Origin: Chiloscyllium plagiosum
Taxonomy: Eukaryota
NCBI RefSeq assembly: GCF_004010195.1
Contig: NC_057719.1
Coordinates: forward strand, 51,441,656-51,465,598
Direction of reading: 5' to 3'
Length of the DNA: 23,943 nt
This document shows, in pieces, positions 20,694 to 23,943 of this stretch (positions are counted from its first letter, which is position 1; each line of letters starts with the position of its first letter). The translations under genes were made by a program, and so were the position numbers. Under the pieces are notes generated by a model. That model was not told the origin of the DNA. It saw only the letters and a program-made list of their open reading frames with translations, and did not search any database.

Positions 20694-22489
20694 AGTTGTG
20701 AGGATTCTCTACAGATGAATCATTTCACCAACAATGCTTGTTCATCCTGGATTTTTATGATTGGACATTATACCTACATATTTGATCCATGCAACAAATT
20801 AGGAAAGGTTTGGTAAAGTATTGACTGCCTTCTACTTGTGAATCAGTGATTGTTATCTAGTTGTATCTATCATCCATGGCATACTGTGTCAACCACACAG
20901 TCAAGAAAGGCATCACACTGTTGACATTCTCACAGTTGTAGGTGGAAAATTTGAGATTTGAAATCATTATCTGAACAGTCAGAATTCAGTTTGCTACTCG
21001 GGTATTCTTGAAAGAGTAGTATATGGTATTTAAGACATTCCACATACGGTATGGGTTCAACATCCCCACCTGATAACCACCTAATTTATTCTATAAATAT
21101 TTTTTATAGAAAGACACATCCAGATGGTCAAAAGAATCCTCATGGAATGCTGAGAGACAAGTGAAGACCTAAACCCCTTGCCTTAATTTTAACTCCAAGC
21201 AACTTAAAGCTGGTGTAAAATTTCCTGCAGAGCTTTCAATGCTAGAAAGTGCAAGACAACTTTAACAGACAAGGTATACCGGCCAAACAACACAGACAAC
21301 ACTCACATATGAATAAGTAGAAGGAGGACAACTTTAGAAAATATGCTAAACCTTACTGTGTTTGCAAGGGAGGTGCCATTGTACATAAACATGGGGAGGA
21401 AGACACCTAGACACTTCAGTCCAGATGTGTGCTGCTGTTCCACCTCCTCCCTTGCAGTGACCCCATTACCTCCAGCAGCTCAAACCAAGGAACATGAACA
21501 TGCACCTGAGGAGGAGACCCTCAACAAGCCAGAGGCCTCTAGGCCTTGGACAACCAGAGGATACTTAGTAAGGTCATCTCAGGCAAGAGGGCATAGCTGT
21601 AAGCGCCTCCACATTGGCTGTAGGTGTCAGTGCTACACAGTGACATAGCTATAGGAAAAAAGAATTAATAACTTCTAAAGGCACAAAAATGCTATGATAA
21701 CTGAACAGAAGAAGCACAAGTGTAAATATATGTTTATTATTCTTTCAATGTATTTGTTATATTTTCGTTTTGTTGTTAGTTACTACAATGGTTGCGTTCA
21801 ATAAAAGATTTTGCACCTCATTCCCAAACAGGTCTCCATGATGTAAACCTATGGATACAAGATTTGTGGTGTCATATTATCAAAAGAGGCATCTAGATGT
21901 GGAGGTTTAAACCTGGGCAGCATTTGCAAAGTCAGGGGCTTTTAACATCTCGAGCAACCAGTAGGTTATATTCACCTAATTATCACCTCAATGTGGCCAC
22001 TGCTGAGCATCGTCTGCAACCAAATGATTGCATGTTTTACTGGTGTCTGCATGGCAAAACTCTTTGGAAAACCTCATTGGCCTCATTTACAGAAATTGGT
22101 AGTGAGACATAAATGTATCACTGCCAAGTTACAAGTGTATGTGGTATCCTACATAACCTGCTTATGGGCTTGCTCCTGTCAGTTCTCATTTTTTTTCAAC
22201 GTGCCAAAGGTACTTGTAATATGTGTTTCGGAGATAGTGTCCTGGTCTCGCAGGCACAGTGATCACAATGTTATTTGTGCAGCTTACTTAGCACAAAGTG
22301 TGATATGCTTATTTCACATAAACTATGTACAGGATCAGATTATTGTTGAAGTGAAAATGTAGAACTGAATGAAGGCACCAGAACAATTTCATTACCAAAA
22401 CATCAGTTCCCATGAGGATACTGAGCTTCCAGCCACAAAGAGATAGTAACCCACAATGGCATTAAGATAAAGCAGTCACTTGGCCTCAG

Positions 22490-22740
22490 ATCTAGCTGAG
22501 GTTCTCATGAGCTTCTCTGCTGTATTACATGACTGCCCTTAGAGAACCAATGCGTCTGCACCATTTCCCTTCCTCATCACTTTTCTTTCCCTTCCTCTTC
22601 ATCGTCAGAAGAGACACCTGCAAATTCTGCAGCCCACTCCCCTTTCGCAGAGTAAATTTCTGCAGGGCTCAGCAGACTACAATGATACTGACACTCATTC
22701 TGGAGCATAATGAAGCAATCTGCCTGAACAGTCCAAGCAG
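22490..22740 (-). pseudogene. Decayed Harbinger transposase C-terminal fragment
   Basis: Minus strand CLDCSGRLLHYAPE*VS / IIVVC*ALQKFTLRKG then acidic SSDDEEEG, resembling CLD.SGG.LQY.PE.V..IIV.CC.LHN. Confidence 0.6.
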
Positions 22741-22976
22741 TGGAACATCAGCGTTAGCATTCCGATGATCTGTTTTATTATTTATGTTGAAATTTTGTCA
22801 TTTTCCACAGACGCACTGCAGGTTTCACGTTGTTGTTAGCAGTTAAGTCTTTCGCTGTCCTCAAGGCACCATCCCTGCAGATGATTTTGGAATCTAGTTC
22901 TCTAGGTTGAATAAAAAGATATTAAATTCAAAGTTTCTAATCTATAATTAATCCGTTGAACCATATGAAAAATGTT

Positions 22977-22994
22977 TCTCTCTCTCTCTCTCTC
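22977..22994. repeat. (TC)n microsatellite
   Basis: Nine TC units. Confidence 0.95.
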
Positions 22995-23149
22995 CCTCCA
23001 GTTCTGATGGTCTCACAGTCTTCAGTAGGGGAAGCAGCATTGTTAAAAACAGAATGAACAAATATTGGAAAATGAAGAGAGAGAAAAAAATTACAATTAT
23101 GTAACACTGTTCATGATCATTGGACAACTCAAAGTACTCTATAACCAAT

Positions 23150-23528
23150 TAATTAACTTTGAAGTGTACCTGTTGTAAAGAAGGATACACAGCAGCCAGT
23201 TTGTACAGAGCAAGATCCACAGCCAATAATGTGACAATAGCAAGTTAAACTGTTTGATAATATTTACTAAAGAATAAGTATTGACCAAAACACCAGTGAT
23301 AAATCCCCCACTGCTCTCTGAAACAGTACTATCGGACATTTTATGTCCATCTGAGATGGTAGTCAAGGTTTTGATTTAGTATTTCATCCAAAAGCCATCA
23401 GTGCAGCATTGCTTCAGCACTATGCTCGGCTAGGGTGTTGGCTTTGATTTTTGCACTTAAGTCCTGGTGTAGGAGTCCAGAAACAACTGACTCAGTGATG
23501 AGTATGCAATAACTGATATCACAGTTGA
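23150..23528 (-). mobile_element. Old tRNA-derived Deu-domain SINE (SacSINE1-like)
   Basis: Degenerate cagcagccagtttgtacagagcaag...tttatgtccatctgag...tcatccaaaag...cagtgcagcattgcttcagcact...ctgactcagtgatgagtatgc. Matches the recalled shark DeuSINE layout. Confidence 0.7.
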
Positions 23529-23557
23529 AAAGATGGAAAGTTTGCCACTGTCCTAAT

Positions 23558-23943
23558 GGAGAAAGAGAGGACTGCAGATGCTGGAGATCAGAGCTGAAAA
23601 TGTATTGCTGGAAAAGCGCAGCAGGTCAGGCAGCATCCAAGGAGCAGCAGAATCGACGTTTCAGGCATGAGCCCTTCTTCAGGAAAGTGTGCCAAGCAGG
23701 CTAAGGTAAAAGGTAGGGAGAAGGGACTTGGGAGGGGGGCGTTGGAAATGCGATAGGTGGAAGGAGGTTAAGGTGAAGGTGATAGGCCAGAGTGGTGGTG
23801 GGGGCGGAGAGGTCAGGAAGAAGATTGCAGGTTAGGAAGGTGGTGCTGGTTTTGAGGGTTGGGATTGAGACAAGGTAGGAGGAGGGGAAATGAGGAAACT
23901 GGAGAAATCTGAGTTCATCCCTTGTGGTTGGAGGGTTCCTAGG
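23558..23943 (-). mobile_element. Penelope-like element 3' pLTR, continuing beyond the window
   Basis: Homologous to 14773-15160. Confidence 0.9.
23651..23686 (-). ncRNA. Minimal hammerhead ribozyme motif (intact core, CUGAAGA variant)
   Basis: Minus strand tttc-CTGAAGA-a-gggc-tcat-gcct-GAAAC-GTC-gatt. Confidence 0.75.

Overview
Repeat-rich, CpG-depleted vertebrate genomic DNA, almost certainly from an elasmobranch (shark/ray), judged from HE1-type V-SINEs and HER1/CR1-type LINEs recognised by eye. There is no intact protein-coding gene, and nearly all ORF-track entries are transposon debris. The window holds one near full-length but dead CR1-clade LINE (3311-7630, minus; zinc-finger/coiled-coil/SGNH-esterase ORF1, APE+RT ORF2) and several CR1 fragments. 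It also holds two HE1 SINEs, an old Deu-type SINE, decayed PIF/Harbinger transposase and Myb/SANT remnants, a Tigger-like end and a 139-N assembly gap. About ten Penelope-like pseudo-LTR (pLTR) copies carry minimal hammerhead ribozyme motifs. Two weak exon candidates (355-397 and 11654 onward with a 3'UTR-like tract) may be the 3' end of an unidentified + strand host gene. The most interesting structures are the hammerhead-bearing Penelope derivatives. One is a TSD-flanked insertion (1939-3286) with a perfect 152-bp inverted pLTR, CpG-rich non-Penelope cargo and a 296-nt retrozyme-sized unit. Another is a 169-bp TSD-flanked mini-element that is essentially a hammerhead inside a hairpin. All family calls are from recall and manual translation, not database searches.
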